Below, in pieces: positions 11,592-21,692 of a stretch of DNA of 64,000 nucleotides. The first letter of the stretch is position 1. Every line of letters starts with the position of its first letter. The DNA comes from Polyangiales bacterium (GTDB lineage Bacteria > Myxococcota_A > Polyangia > Polyangiales > Ga0077539). Position numbers and translations under genes: made by a program. The DNA lies in contig JBGARZ010000003.1 in NCBI GenBank assembly GCA_044229975.1, positions 576,001 through 640,000 on the forward strand, in the 5' to 3' direction. A model generated the notes under the pieces. It saw only the letters and a program-made list of their open reading frames with translations, did not search any database and was not told the DNA's origin.

Positions 11592-12655
11592 CCCCCTCGC
11601 CCATCCGCGACCGCGCCCTCTTTGCGGGCGTCGCGGCGCTGCTCTTCCTCGGCGCGCACCACGCCATGGTCGAGTGGCGCCCTGCCATCGCGCTGTGGTC
11701 CGTCGGGCGCTCGCCCCCGTGGACGTGGCTACCCCCGATCGCGCTCGTCGCGCTCCACGGGTTCGCGCTGGCGATGCTGCTCTCCCCCTCCCGCCGCGCG
11801 TTCGCCTTCGCGGCCTGCGCAACGCTCGCCTCGCTCTACGCCGCCATTCCAGCGACCTACCACAACAACCACTACCTGCTCTTCCTGCTGCTCCTCCTGG
11901 TGGCGCTGGTGCCGGTCGACCTCGCGCGCGCCATCCGCTGGCAGCTCTCGCTCGTCTACTTCGCGTCTGCCGTCGTGAAGCTCACCCACCCGTGGTGGCG
12001 CGGAACGGGCGGCGTCCTCCGCTGGCTCGCCGAGACCCGCGCCCCCGAGTCCAACCCCGACGCGCTGCTCCCACGCGTGCTCGCCCCGCTGCTCTCGCGA
12101 CCGATCCCCTCACGCCTCGCCGACGTCGCTACCATCGCCCTCGAACTCGCACTCCCCTTCGCGCTCGCCCTGCCTCGCACCCGACGCCCCGCCATCGTCG
12201 TCGGCGCGCTCCTCCACCTGTCCATGCAGGAGTGGCTGTTCCCCCAGCTCTTCACCTTCCTCATGCTGCTCGGGTACGCCGCGTGGTCACCCGCCGGCGA
12301 CCGCGCCTGGACCTTCTCTTCGAGCTCCCCGCGCCTCGCCCGCGTTGTGTCCCTGGCCGACGCGCTCCATCGCATCGAGATCCTCGCGCCCACCGACTCC
12401 ACCGTGCTCACCAGCCCCGATGCCCTGCGCCTCCGCGGATGGCGCGCCCTCCCATGGCTCCTCGCGCTCTCGCCATGCTCCGTCATCGCCTACGCCGCCC
12501 TCGCGCTCGCCTTCCCAGACCTTCGCTCCATTGGCCCCATCCCTCGTGACGCCATCGAGAACCTCGTGGTCGCCCTCTTCCTCGTGACCCTCGCGACCTC
12601 CCGACTCTCGGCGGGCCTCGCGACTCCCTGGGAGGAAAACATCCCACCCAAATGA
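11576..12655 (+). CDS. HTTM-domain membrane protein with degenerate DCC/DUF393-like C-terminus
   Basis: YHNNHYLL, QLSLVYFASAVVKL..W, GALLHL motifs typical of HTTM/VKGC-like proteins. Confidence 0.75.
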   Translation: MAGALTPSPIRDRALFAGVAALLFLGAHHAMVEWRPAIALWSVGRSPPWTWLPPIALVALHGFALAMLLSPSRRAFAFAACATLASLYAAIPATYHNNHYLLFLLLLLVALVPVDLARAIRWQLSLVYFASAVVKLTHPWWRGTGGVLRWLAETRAPESNPDALLPRVLAPLLSRPIPSRLADVATIALELALPFALALPRTRRPAIVVGALLHLSMQEWLFPQLFTFLMLLGYAAWSPAGDRAWTFSSSSPRLARVVSLADALHRIEILAPTDSTVLTSPDALRLRGWRALPWLLALSPCSVIAYAALALAFPDLRSIGPIPRDAIENLVVALFLVTLATSRLSAGLATPWEENIPPK

Positions 12656-12757
12656 ACACCCGAACTCCCAGGCACCGCCCGACCTCCCACCCTGGTCGAT
12701 GAGAGCCGACGCGCTGAAACGCACGGGTCTGTTCCCACAGCGAGTGCCTCTTCCCTC

Positions 12758-12773
12758 TGGCACATCGACTGCA
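12758..12773 (+). promoter_or_regulatory. Putative sigma-54 (-24/-12) promoter of the Tad operon
   Basis: TGGCACATCGACTGCA = GG-N10-GC, close to consensus TGGCAC-N5-TTGCW, 14 bp before the first pilin. Confidence 0.6.
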
Positions 12774-12786
12774 CTAGCCTCGGCCC

Positions 12787-12972
12787 GTGAGCGATCTGCG
12801 GCGAAATCTGCGAGCCCTGCACGACGACCAGTCGGGCGCGGCCTTCGTGGAATACGTGGTGGTGCTCCTGCTGATCGGCACCGTGGCGTCCGTCGCCACC
12901 TACTCACTGGGTAGGCCGTTCGTCGACTACTATCGGTTCGCGCAGCTCATCGTCTCGATGCCATTCCCGTGA
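12787..12972 (+). CDS. Flp-family pilin (minor)
   Basis: DDQSG^AAFVEYVVVLLL: G cleavage site with E+5, Y+6. Confidence 0.8.
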   Translation: MSDLRRNLRALHDDQSGAAFVEYVVVLLLIGTVASVATYSLGRPFVDYYRFAQLIVSMPFP

Positions 12973-13028
12973 TCGTCCGCGATCACGTCGGGCAGACCGT
13001 TCAAAACCACGTCAGGAAGGACTCGATC

Positions 13029-13211
13029 ATGAACAACAAGAAGAACCTCAAGGCGCTGCTCCGGGACGACGCGGGTCTCTCCACCGTGGAGTACGTGATC
13101 ATCCTCATCCTCATCGCCGTGGTCGGCATCTCCGCCTGGCGCACCTTCGGCAACAACGTCGTCGGCAAGATCACCTCGGGCAGCAACCAGATCCAGGGCC
13201 TCGGACCGTGA
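13029..13211 (+). CDS. flp: Flp-family pilin (probable major pilin)
   Basis: RDDAG^LSTVEYVIILILIAVV; AGGA-type RBS upstream; hairpin downstream. Confidence 0.88.
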   Translation: MNNKKNLKALLRDDAGLSTVEYVIILILIAVVGISAWRTFGNNVVGKITSGSNQIQGLGP

Positions 13212-13218
13212 TCTGACG

Positions 13219-13239
13219 GGGCGGGCCCTCAGCCCGTCC
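13219..13239 (+). terminator. GC-rich hairpin after the major pilin (attenuator or mRNA stabiliser)
   Basis: gggcgggc-cctca-gcccgtcc stem-loop; no U-tract. Confidence 0.35.
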
Positions 13240-13346
13240 AATCCCCACCTGCATCGGTGGGCGATCGTGGTTGTCTCGCGGCGCGCCGCGGCCTACTCCC
13301 CTTTCCAGTCGGAGTACCCGCGGCGCAGCCATTTTGGAGGTCTCTT

Positions 13347-13886
13347 TTGCTGGGCGGATCGGTCGGTCTCTTCAACGTCGCGCTCGCAGTGCTCGTCACC
13401 GCAGCCGCGGGGTATTTCGACTTCCGCACCGGCCGCATTCCCAACTGGTTGACCTACGGCGCCATGGCCCTCGGTGTCGCGCTCCGCACCCTCCAGGCTC
13501 AGCCCCACGGCGTCGGCGCCCTCAACAGCCTCTTCGGCATGCTCGTCTGCCTGCTCGTCCCCTACCTGATCTGGCGGAAGGACGGCATGGCCGGCGGCGA
13601 CGTGAAGATGTTCGTCGCGCTCGGCGCCATCCTCGGCGCCTTCCACGGCATCGAAGCGCAGTTCTATGCCTACGTCGCCGGCAGTCTGCTCTCGATGGGG
13701 CGCCTCGCCTGGCACGGCAAACTCCTCGGCGTCCTCGCCAACTCCTTCTTCCTCGCCCTCAACCCGGTGATGCCCCGCGCCTGGCGTCGGGAGATCCCCG
13801 TCGAGATGCTCACGCGCTTCCGCCTGGGCGGCTCGATCTTCGCAGGCACCTGTGTGTCTGCCCTCTCCCTCCTACCCACCGTGTGA
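13347..13886 (+). CDS. cpaA: A24 prepilin peptidase (CpaA/TadV)
   Basis: DFRTGRIPNWL and MAGGDVKM aspartate motifs; TTG start 6 nt after GGAGG. Confidence 0.9.
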   Translation: MLGGSVGLFNVALAVLVTAAAGYFDFRTGRIPNWLTYGAMALGVALRTLQAQPHGVGALNSLFGMLVCLLVPYLIWRKDGMAGGDVKMFVALGAILGAFHGIEAQFYAYVAGSLLSMGRLAWHGKLLGVLANSFFLALNPVMPRAWRREIPVEMLTRFRLGGSIFAGTCVSALSLLPTV

Positions 13887-13897
13887 CGAGCCAACGC

Positions 13898-14884
13898 ATG
13901 AGCGCCACGAACACACGCCCGCGCCCCTCGCTCCACCAGGACACGGGCGGAGCCGTCTACGTCGAGTTCCTCGTCGCCTTCATCCCCTTCTTCATCCTCG
14001 TTCTTGGGATGATGCAGCTCGCCCTGCTGTACAGCGCTCACCTGGTGGTGCAGCACGCGGCTGCCTCGGCGGCCAGGGCGGCGATCGTGGTCTTCCCCGA
14101 CTGCCCGGCCCGTTACGACGGCGCCCCCGAAAACGTCGTCAACGGCGGCGGGCGCGGCGACGACCCGGCCTCGGCCCTCGGCTCCATCTTCGGCGCGGGC
14201 GCTCCTCCCGGCGGCATCGGCCTCGGCGGCAGCTCCACCAGCGGCGGCGCTCGCCTCGACGCCGTGCGCTTCGCGGCCGGCTTTCCCCTCGTTGCAACTT
14301 CCCCCTCCCTCGACGAGCTCACCCACGATCGCGACCCGCGTCGTCAGGGCATCTACGACGCCATCGGCGGCACCACCTCGCCCGCCGTGCGCCTCGCTCT
14401 CGGGGCGCTCGCCTACAACAACGTCGCGATGGCGGTGACCTTCCCCCGCAGCGTGCGCGAGGCCCAGTACCTCGATCGCTTCCGCGACAGCCGCGCCGAC
14501 CTCACCACGCGCGTCACGTACCTCTTCCACTGCGGCGTCCCCATCGTGTCGAAGATGGCCTGTGACGACGCGCTCCAGCTCTTCACCAACATCCCGCTGG
14601 AGCAGATCCGTCAGGCCACCGAGTCCATCCGCGCAGGCCGCGGCTCCATCCGCGACGTGCAGATCCAGATGGACACCGTGCAGGCCGCCCGCGAGCGCCT
14701 CCAGGCCGCGCAGCCCGGGCTCGACGAGCTCTCTCGCACGGGCGTCGGCTCGTCGCTGAGCGCCGTCCTCCTCGGCCTCACCGGCGGCCACTACTACGTC
14801 ATTCGCGCCGAGGCGACGCTGCCCCTCCAGGGCATCGACCGGCGCATCGCTGGCGCTTGCTACAACGCTTCCCGCTCGAGGTAA
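13898..14884 (+). CDS. tadE: TadE-like minor pilin with long C-terminal extension
   Basis: DTGG^AVYVEFLVAF...VQHAAASAARAA. Confidence 0.85.
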   Translation: MSATNTRPRPSLHQDTGGAVYVEFLVAFIPFFILVLGMMQLALLYSAHLVVQHAAASAARAAIVVFPDCPARYDGAPENVVNGGGRGDDPASALGSIFGAGAPPGGIGLGGSSTSGGARLDAVRFAAGFPLVATSPSLDELTHDRDPRRQGIYDAIGGTTSPAVRLALGALAYNNVAMAVTFPRSVREAQYLDRFRDSRADLTTRVTYLFHCGVPIVSKMACDDALQLFTNIPLEQIRQATESIRAGRGSIRDVQIQMDTVQAARERLQAAQPGLDELSRTGVGSSLSAVLLGLTGGHYYVIRAEATLPLQGIDRRIAGACYNASRSR

Positions 14885-14889
14885 TCCCC

Positions 14890-16002
14890 ATGCGCGCCGC
14901 CAACACCCGCACGCTGTCTGACCTCCATCGCGACGACTCCGGCGCCATCATGGTGATCGGCGTCTTCATGGCGATGCTGGTGACCGGGTTCCTCTATTAC
15001 ATCATCGGAATTGGCAACACGATCATCTTCCGCGAGCGCATGCAGGACGCGGCCGACGCCGTCGCCTTCTCTGGCGCCGTCATGCACGCCCGGGGCATGA
15101 ACCTCATCGCCATCATCAACATCGTGATGGCGCTGCTGGTCTCCATCCTCTTCGCGATGCGCCTCATCCAGTACGCCCTCTTCGCTGCCGCCGCCTTCAC
15201 CGTGTGGGCCCCGCCGCTGTCCGCGACGCTCGCGAACTTCGGCAACATCGTCCGCAACATGGCCAACACCTACCAGAACAGCATCGTCGAGCCGGCGCTG
15301 CGCCTCGGGCACTCGGCCCAGGATGTCATCCGCACGACGTGGCCGTACCTCGCGCAGACCCGCGTCGTGGTGACGACGCTCTCGGGCACCTACCGCCCGC
15401 CGGTCACCGCCGGCTTCATCCACCCGATGATCGATCACCCGCTGCCTGTGCGGCCGGTCAACATTCGCAGCACCTGTCTCCACGCCGCGGAGCCCATCTC
15501 GCGCTTCATCACGTTCCCGCTGTCGTTCATCCCGGGCATCAGTCGGGTGGCGAGCTGGATCACGCGCTTCCTCGACGAGGCGATGGCCCTGTTCTTCTGC
15601 CCTCGCAACGACTCCAGCATGCGCCCGCACGAGATCGACCCCGGCGACGGGAGCTGCAACGACGGCATGCCCGGTCAGGACTGCGAGTACGTCCAGATCC
15701 GCGGCATCGTCATCGGCTCGCCGCCCTTCACCAACAACGAGAAGGGCGTCTCGATGGCCGCGTGGGGACGTAGCGCGGGCGGCGGCGGGCTCTTCGGCGC
15801 CATCGGCAACCTGTCCCGCGTCGGGCTCGCGCAGGCCGAGTACTACTACGAGGGCGACGAGGCCCGCGACGAGTGGACCTGGCACATGTACTGGCGTGCC
15901 CGCTTCCGCCGCTTCCGCATGCCGAGCAACCTCACGGGCATCAGCGGCGCCGTGGGCCCGGGCATCGACCTCAGCATCATCGACCGGGTCATCATCCACT
16001 GA
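14890..16002 (+). CDS. tadG: TadG-like pilus-associated protein
   Basis: DDSG^AIMVIG...RERMQDAADAVAFSGA Tad domain signature. Confidence 0.8.
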   Translation: MRAANTRTLSDLHRDDSGAIMVIGVFMAMLVTGFLYYIIGIGNTIIFRERMQDAADAVAFSGAVMHARGMNLIAIINIVMALLVSILFAMRLIQYALFAAAAFTVWAPPLSATLANFGNIVRNMANTYQNSIVEPALRLGHSAQDVIRTTWPYLAQTRVVVTTLSGTYRPPVTAGFIHPMIDHPLPVRPVNIRSTCLHAAEPISRFITFPLSFIPGISRVASWITRFLDEAMALFFCPRNDSSMRPHEIDPGDGSCNDGMPGQDCEYVQIRGIVIGSPPFTNNEKGVSMAAWGRSAGGGGLFGAIGNLSRVGLAQAEYYYEGDEARDEWTWHMYWRARFRRFRMPSNLTGISGAVGPGIDLSIIDRVIIH

Positions 16003-16016
16003 GAGGATCTGCCGAC

Positions 16017-16520
16017 GTGAACGCAACGACGACCCGACAGCCCCGCCGCCGACCCCGCCACTCTTCGCGAGGCGCCGCCTACGCCGAGACCGTGGTGATG
16101 CTCCCATTCTTCGTGGCGGTGTTCTCCTGCATGATGTTCGTGCACAAGGCCTGGAGCACCAAGCTCTACGTGATGGAGGAGAACCGCCATTGCGTGATGA
16201 GCTACGCCTACGAGGCCTGCGAGCGTCGGCCCCCGGGTTGCGCCCATGTGCAGACCGGCACCGACGCCAACCCCGGTGAGCGCCCCGGCGCGCTCAACTC
16301 GTTGCAAAACCTCCTCGGCGGCGCGGGCGGCGCGCTGCTCGGCGGCTTCTTCGGCCAGACCGCCTCGGGTCGGCTCACCCGCACCGTGGCGCGTCCGACG
16401 CTCCTCGGCGGCGGTTCGCTCGGCGCGCTCGCGGCCAACAGCATGGCCTGCAACACCAAGCGCATGACGCCGGCCGACGTCGCGCGGCAGCTCTTCTGCG
16501 GCGTCGTCCCCATCTGCTGA
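16017..16520 (+). CDS. tadE: TadE-like minor pilin
   Basis: SRG^AAYAETVVMLPFF; Cys-rich globular part. Confidence 0.78.
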   Translation: MNATTTRQPRRRPRHSSRGAAYAETVVMLPFFVAVFSCMMFVHKAWSTKLYVMEENRHCVMSYAYEACERRPPGCAHVQTGTDANPGERPGALNSLQNLLGGAGGALLGGFFGQTASGRLTRTVARPTLLGGGSLGALAANSMACNTKRMTPADVARQLFCGVVPIC

Positions 16521-16546
16521 TTGTCCTTGGGAGGAAAGAGGCGCTC

Positions 16547-17488
16547 ATGTTTCGTCGCATCCGACAGCTCCCGCAGCTCACGCGACTCGGCGCGTTCGTG
16601 GTCACGGGCATGCTCGTCACCGCCGTGGTCAGCGTGCGCTCGGCCCGCGCCCAGGTGAACGAGGGCCTGCGCCACCTCGCGCGCCAGCTCATGCCGTACG
16701 CCGAGCAGGGCGTGATGGAGTCCCCCCGCCGCGTGCTGATCAACGGCGAGTCGCTGTACCTCGCCATGGGCACCACCCGCGACGGTGTCGACGCGGTGCT
16801 CGACTACTACGAGGCCCGCTGCGCCCGCAGCTCGGGGCACCTCGCCGAGAGCCTGCGCGGCCTCGACCACGCCACCTTCAACCAGCTCTGGACGCCCGGC
16901 TCGCGCCGCGCCGCCGCCCTCGAGACGGTGCGCTTCGGCGACGCCGACGGCGGCTACGTCGCCTGCCTCGACGTCGGTGAGACGCGCCTCAATCCGCAGG
17001 AGATCCTGCGCCGCGCCGAGTCCATGATCGCCACCGGCGACCTCGCCCGCTACGGCGACCTTCGCTACGCGTACGTCACGCGCAGCACCACCGGCGGCAC
17101 GCGCATCCTCACCGTCGCCACGCAGGGTCAGTTCAACATCCTGCGACTCTTCCCCGAGCAGGGTGACGCGCCCGGCGCCGACATCCCCGGCCTCGCCCGC
17201 TACCCCCAGATGCGGCGCGTGATCTCGGCCTACGAAGACGGCATCCCCAACAAGCTCGGCGTGTACACCGTGCGCGCTCCCGCGGCGCAGGTTCGCACCT
17301 TCTACCGCGACGAGATGGCCCGCCGCGGGTGGACCGTCCTCGACCTCCCGCGCGGCCGTCAGTTGCCGCCCGAGATCGAAGCCCGCCGCGACCGCATGGT
17401 CGCCTTCGAGAAGGGCCAGGAGACCCTCTTCCTGGTCTTCGATCACGCCGACGGCGTGACCTCGATGATGTCCCTCCTCGGTCGCTGA
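16547..17488 (+). CDS. Uncharacterised exported protein within the Tad operon
   Basis: GC3-biased ORF with RBS and N-terminal signal/TM; no recognised motif. Confidence 0.75.
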   Translation: MFRRIRQLPQLTRLGAFVVTGMLVTAVVSVRSARAQVNEGLRHLARQLMPYAEQGVMESPRRVLINGESLYLAMGTTRDGVDAVLDYYEARCARSSGHLAESLRGLDHATFNQLWTPGSRRAAALETVRFGDADGGYVACLDVGETRLNPQEILRRAESMIATGDLARYGDLRYAYVTRSTTGGTRILTVATQGQFNILRLFPEQGDAPGADIPGLARYPQMRRVISAYEDGIPNKLGVYTVRAPAAQVRTFYRDEMARRGWTVLDLPRGRQLPPEIEARRDRMVAFEKGQETLFLVFDHADGVTSMMSLLGR

Positions 17489-17636
17489 TCCCTCATCCTT
17501 CCATCGCACACCGCGACGCCCCCACGAGGCTTTCGAAGCCGTTGTGTCGGGTGATGCGTTCGGCGTAGGCTGCGGCCCGCGAGACCCGGCCGAGGTCGGC
17601 CCCGCGCTGACCCTCCCGCCTCCGGAGACCGATGGG

Positions 17637-18470
17637 ATGAACACCAAGGCGCTCATCATTGCGATCGGTGCAGCAGCCCTCGGGCTGGTGCTGTTGCTCC
17701 TCTACAAACAACGCTTCGAGGCTGAAGCCTCGGGCGGCGTCCCGGTGCGCGTGCTCATCGCGGTGCAGGACATCCCCCTCGGCGCGGCCCTCTCCGAAAA
17801 CATGATGGGCTACCGGCTCATCCCCCAGGCCTACCTGGAAGATCGCTTCATCCGGTACTCGGACGTCCGCCGCATCATCGGCGTGCGCGTCTCCAACGGC
17901 CTGCGCGCCAACCAGACCGTGATGTGGACCGACCTCGCCACCGCCTCCGATGCGCGGCGCGACCTGTCGTCCCTCGTCTCCACGGGCATGCGCGCGATTA
18001 CCGTCCGCGCCGACATCACCAACTCCTTCGGCGGCCTCCTCCGCCCCGGCGACCGCGTCGACGTGCTCGGCACCCTCTCCCGCACCGGCGGCGAGACCGA
18101 CCGCGTGACCATCCCGCTGCTCCAGAACGTCCTCGTGCTCGCTGCTGGTCGTGACACCGGCGGCGAGGCCCAGCGGCAGACGGTCAACGGCACCGCCACC
18201 ACCAACGCGCCGGTGGAGATCTCGCAGATCACCCTAAGCGTCTCGATGGAGGAAGCCCAGCTCCTCACCTACGCCGCCGATCGCGGCGGCGCGGGCGGGC
18301 GGCACACCGGCCTCACCCTGGTGCTCCGTAACCCCGAGGACATCGCGATCCTCGAAGGCGTCCCGGAGACCAACATCGAGGACATCTTCGAGCCGACACG
18401 ACGCGCCAACGTCTCGCGACGCCGACGCCAGGTCATCGAGCGCATCGGCTCGCAGGCCCCCACCCTCTGA
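17637..18470 (+). CDS. cpaB: Flp pilus assembly protein CpaB/RcpC
   Basis: SAF-like VLIAVQDIPLG; GMRAITV...LRPGDRVDVL...LLQNVLVLA. Confidence 0.93.
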   Translation: MNTKALIIAIGAAALGLVLLLLYKQRFEAEASGGVPVRVLIAVQDIPLGAALSENMMGYRLIPQAYLEDRFIRYSDVRRIIGVRVSNGLRANQTVMWTDLATASDARRDLSSLVSTGMRAITVRADITNSFGGLLRPGDRVDVLGTLSRTGGETDRVTIPLLQNVLVLAAGRDTGGEAQRQTVNGTATTNAPVEISQITLSVSMEEAQLLTYAADRGGAGGRHTGLTLVLRNPEDIAILEGVPETNIEDIFEPTRRANVSRRRRQVIERIGSQAPTL

Positions 18471-18490
18471 ACCACCACGCGGTCGCACCC

Positions 18491-19840
18491 ATGAAGTCCC
18501 TTCGAATCGGATCGTTGGCGGTTCTCACCTGCGCGGGTCTTCTCGCGAGCACCACCGCCTTCGCCCAGCAACCCGCCACACCGCCCGCTACGCCGCCCAG
18601 CACGGCGCGCGGCACCGGCCGCGACCTCTCCCTCGCCGTCGGTGAGCAGGTCCTCGTCCCCGCCGATGGCATCCGGCAGTTCTCCGAAGGGACGCCCGGC
18701 ATCGTCGATGTCCGCACCCCCGCCGACGGGCGCAACCTCGTCGTCGTCGGCCAGCGCGCGGGCGCCACAACCCTGCTCCTCATCCGCACCTCTGGCGCGC
18801 AGGAGACCCTCCAGATCACCGTCTTCGCGCGCCGCCCCGAGGCCGTGCAAGCCGAGATCGAGAACCTCCTCGAAGGCTACAACGGTGTGCAGATCCGCCG
18901 CATCGGCGCGCGCCTCTACCTCGAAGGCGGCGTCGCCTCCGATCAGCAGCAGCACCGCGTGCAGCAGATCGCGGCGCTCTACCCCGGCCAGGTCGAGTCG
19001 CTGGTTTCCATCGACGCCACCATCGTCGAGCGGCGCATCAACGTCCGCCTCGACCTCTACTTCGTCGACTTCGCCACCAACAACGGCCGCCAGGTCGGCA
19101 TCGCCTGGCCTTCGTACATCGGCGGCAATCCCCCCAACGCCCAAGGGACCGCGACCATCAACCTCGTCGCCCCGATGGGCATGGGCGGCGTCGGTGAGGG
19201 CGTTCAGCTCGCCCAGGCCATCATCACCAACCAGCCGCTGCCGCGCCTCGACATCGCCAGCAACGGCGGCTGGGCGCGCATCCTCCGCCAGGCGACGGTC
19301 ATCACCGCTAACGGCAACGAGGCCGTCTACCGCAACGGCGGCGAGCTCAACTTCAAGCTCCTCGGCTCCAACGGGTCGGCCTCGCTCGCGACCATCAACT
19401 ACGGCACCAACCTCACCGTTACGCCGCGCTTCGATCCGCAGAGCTCCCGCATCGACATCCGCGTCAACGCGGACATCAGCGACCCCATCGAAAACGGCGG
19501 CGACATGCCGGGGCGCAACATCTCGCACGTCCAGACGCTGGTGAACCTCCAGCTCGGGCAGTCCATCGTGATGTCGGGCTTTCGCTCGCGGCAGCAGTCG
19601 CAGGGCTCCAACGGCCTGCCGGGTCTGCGGCAGATCCCCATCCTCGGTTACCTCTTCGGCTCCGAGCGCAACGCCGAGCAGGAGCACGAGGGCATGATCT
19701 TCATCGTTCCGACGGTGGTCGAAGGGCTCTCGCGCAGCGCACAAGACCGCGTGGCCGAAGCGCTGCGCCAGTACGAGCAGTTCTCCGGGGACGTCGACGA
19801 GGTGCGCCTCTACGAGCCCACCGGAACCCAGTACCGCTGA
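18491..19840 (+). CDS. cpaC: Secretin CpaC/RcpA
   Basis: Signal peptide; YGTNLTVTP, GQSIVMSG, GLPGLRQIPILGYLFG, IFIVPT. Confidence 0.92.
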   Translation: MKSLRIGSLAVLTCAGLLASTTAFAQQPATPPATPPSTARGTGRDLSLAVGEQVLVPADGIRQFSEGTPGIVDVRTPADGRNLVVVGQRAGATTLLLIRTSGAQETLQITVFARRPEAVQAEIENLLEGYNGVQIRRIGARLYLEGGVASDQQQHRVQQIAALYPGQVESLVSIDATIVERRINVRLDLYFVDFATNNGRQVGIAWPSYIGGNPPNAQGTATINLVAPMGMGGVGEGVQLAQAIITNQPLPRLDIASNGGWARILRQATVITANGNEAVYRNGGELNFKLLGSNGSASLATINYGTNLTVTPRFDPQSSRIDIRVNADISDPIENGGDMPGRNISHVQTLVNLQLGQSIVMSGFRSRQQSQGSNGLPGLRQIPILGYLFGSERNAEQEHEGMIFIVPTVVEGLSRSAQDRVAEALRQYEQFSGDVDEVRLYEPTGTQYR

Positions 19841-19868
19841 AGGGCGGAGGAGGAGAGAGGGCATCGCG

Positions 19869-21692
19869 ATGGACCAGGTGCTCCTCTCGATCGAGACCCC
19901 GAACGCGCCGCCCATGACCTACATGGTGCCGTCCGGGGGGGAGATCTCCATCGGGCGCGACGAGACCTGCACCGTGGTGCTGGCCTCGCCGGACATCTCC
20001 CGGCGACACGTCTCGGTGATGATCCAGTCGTCGGCCATCGTGGTGCGCGACTCGTCCTCCAACGGCACGCAGGTGGGGTCGCAGCGGGTGTTCCGCTCGG
20101 AGATTCCGGTGCCCTTCGGGACGCCCATCCTCGTGGGGCCGTACATCATCCGCGTGGTGCGGCAGGCGCCCACCGCCGTGGGCCCGTCGGGCTCGCCGAC
20201 CATCATGCCCGGCCAGGGCCCCGCGCTGCCGCCGTTGCCGGGGAGGCCCAACAACGGTCCGCCACCCCACGCCGCGTCGCAGGGGATGAACGGCCTCGGC
20301 GTCACCGCGCACAGCCCCGACCCGCGACCGCGCACGGTGATGCCCACGCAGATGGGGCAGCAGGCGCCCGCGCCACCGCCCGCCCCGGCCGCAGCCTACC
20401 GACCGGGGGGCGGAACGTCGGGCACGATGCACGTCTCCGTCGAGCTGCGTCGGCGCATCCACCGGATGCTGCTCGACAACCTCGACCTCGCGGTGCTCGA
20501 CCGCTCGAAGATGGGCGACGCGCAGATGCGCCCCAAGGTGCGCGACGCCCTGAAGCGCATCGTCGCGCAGGTCGCCAACGAGATTCCGCCTGGCACCGAC
20601 CAGGACAAGCTGATGCAGGAGATCTCCGACGAGGCGCTCGGCCTCGGTCCCCTGGAGCAGTTCCTCGCCGACGGGACCATCTCGGAAATCATGGTCGTCG
20701 ACCCGCAGACGATCTTCGTCGAGCGGCGCGGCAAGCTGCAACGCGCCGACGCGCGCTTCACCGACGACGAGGCCGTCCGCTCGTGCATCGAGCGCATCGT
20801 CACCCCGCTCGGCCGCCGCATCGACGAGAGCACGCCGCTCGTCGACGCCCGCCTGAAAGACGGCTCGCGCGTCAACGCGGTGATTCGCCCGCTCGCCATC
20901 AAGGGCGCGTGCATCACGATCCGCAAGTTCTCCAAGACCCCGCTCACCCTCCAGAACCTCATCGAGTTTGGTGCGCTCACCGAGCAGATGGCCCGCTTCC
21001 TCACCCGCTCGGTCATCGCCAAGAAGAACATCGTCATCTCGGGCGGCACCGGCTCCGGCAAGACCACCACGCTCAACGTTCTCTCGGCCGCAATCCCCAA
21101 GGAGGAGCGCATCGTCACCATCGAGGACGCCGCCGAGCTCCAGCTCAGCCAGCCCCACGTGGTGTCGCTCGAATCGCGCCCCGCCAACATGGAAGGCAAA
21201 GGCGAGTACACCATCCGCGACCTCGTGAAGAACGCCCTCCGCATGCGCCCCGACCGCATCGTGGTCGGCGAGTGCCGCGGCGGCGAGTGCCTCGACATGC
21301 TCCAGGCCATGAACACCGGCCACGACGGCTCGCTCACCACCACGCACGCCAACTCCCCGCGCGAGGCCATCAACCGCCTCGAAGTGCTCGCGCTCATGAG
21401 CGGCATCGACCTCCCATCGCGCGCCATCCGCGAGCAGATCGCCAACAGCGTTCACGTCGTGGTGCAGCAGTCGCGCTTCTCGGACGGGTCGCGGCGCATC
21501 ACCTCCATCGCCGAGGTCATCGGCATGGATGACAACTTCGAGATCCAGCTCCGGCCCATCTTCGAGTTTCAGCGATCGGGCATCGGGGACGACGGCAAGG
21601 TGCTCGGCGAGTACCGCCCCACCGGCTACCTCCCCTCGTACCTCGACGCCTTCGTCTCCTACGGACTGGTGAAGGGGAAGGACTTCCTATGA
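19869..21692 (+). CDS. cpaF: Tad ATPase CpaF/TadA with N-terminal FHA domain
   Basis: FHA (IGR, SRRH, SSNGT), Pro-rich linker, GGTGSGKTT, TIEDAAEL, LRMRPDRIVVGE, NTGHDG. Confidence 0.95.
   Translation: MDQVLLSIETPNAPPMTYMVPSGGEISIGRDETCTVVLASPDISRRHVSVMIQSSAIVVRDSSSNGTQVGSQRVFRSEIPVPFGTPILVGPYIIRVVRQAPTAVGPSGSPTIMPGQGPALPPLPGRPNNGPPPHAASQGMNGLGVTAHSPDPRPRTVMPTQMGQQAPAPPPAPAAAYRPGGGTSGTMHVSVELRRRIHRMLLDNLDLAVLDRSKMGDAQMRPKVRDALKRIVAQVANEIPPGTDQDKLMQEISDEALGLGPLEQFLADGTISEIMVVDPQTIFVERRGKLQRADARFTDDEAVRSCIERIVTPLGRRIDESTPLVDARLKDGSRVNAVIRPLAIKGACITIRKFSKTPLTLQNLIEFGALTEQMARFLTRSVIAKKNIVISGGTGSGKTTTLNVLSAAIPKEERIVTIEDAAELQLSQPHVVSLESRPANMEGKGEYTIRDLVKNALRMRPDRIVVGECRGGECLDMLQAMNTGHDGSLTTTHANSPREAINRLEVLALMSGIDLPSRAIREQIANSVHVVVQQSRFSDGSRRITSIAEVIGMDDNFEIQLRPIFEFQRSGIGDDGKVLGEYRPTGYLPSYLDAFVSYGLVKGKDFL

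Noticed and set aside
11055..11822. N-terminal extension of the 727-aa methyltransferase ORF
   Set aside because: Arg/Gly-rich antisense shadow of the HTTM pair; methyltransferase motifs begin only downstream.
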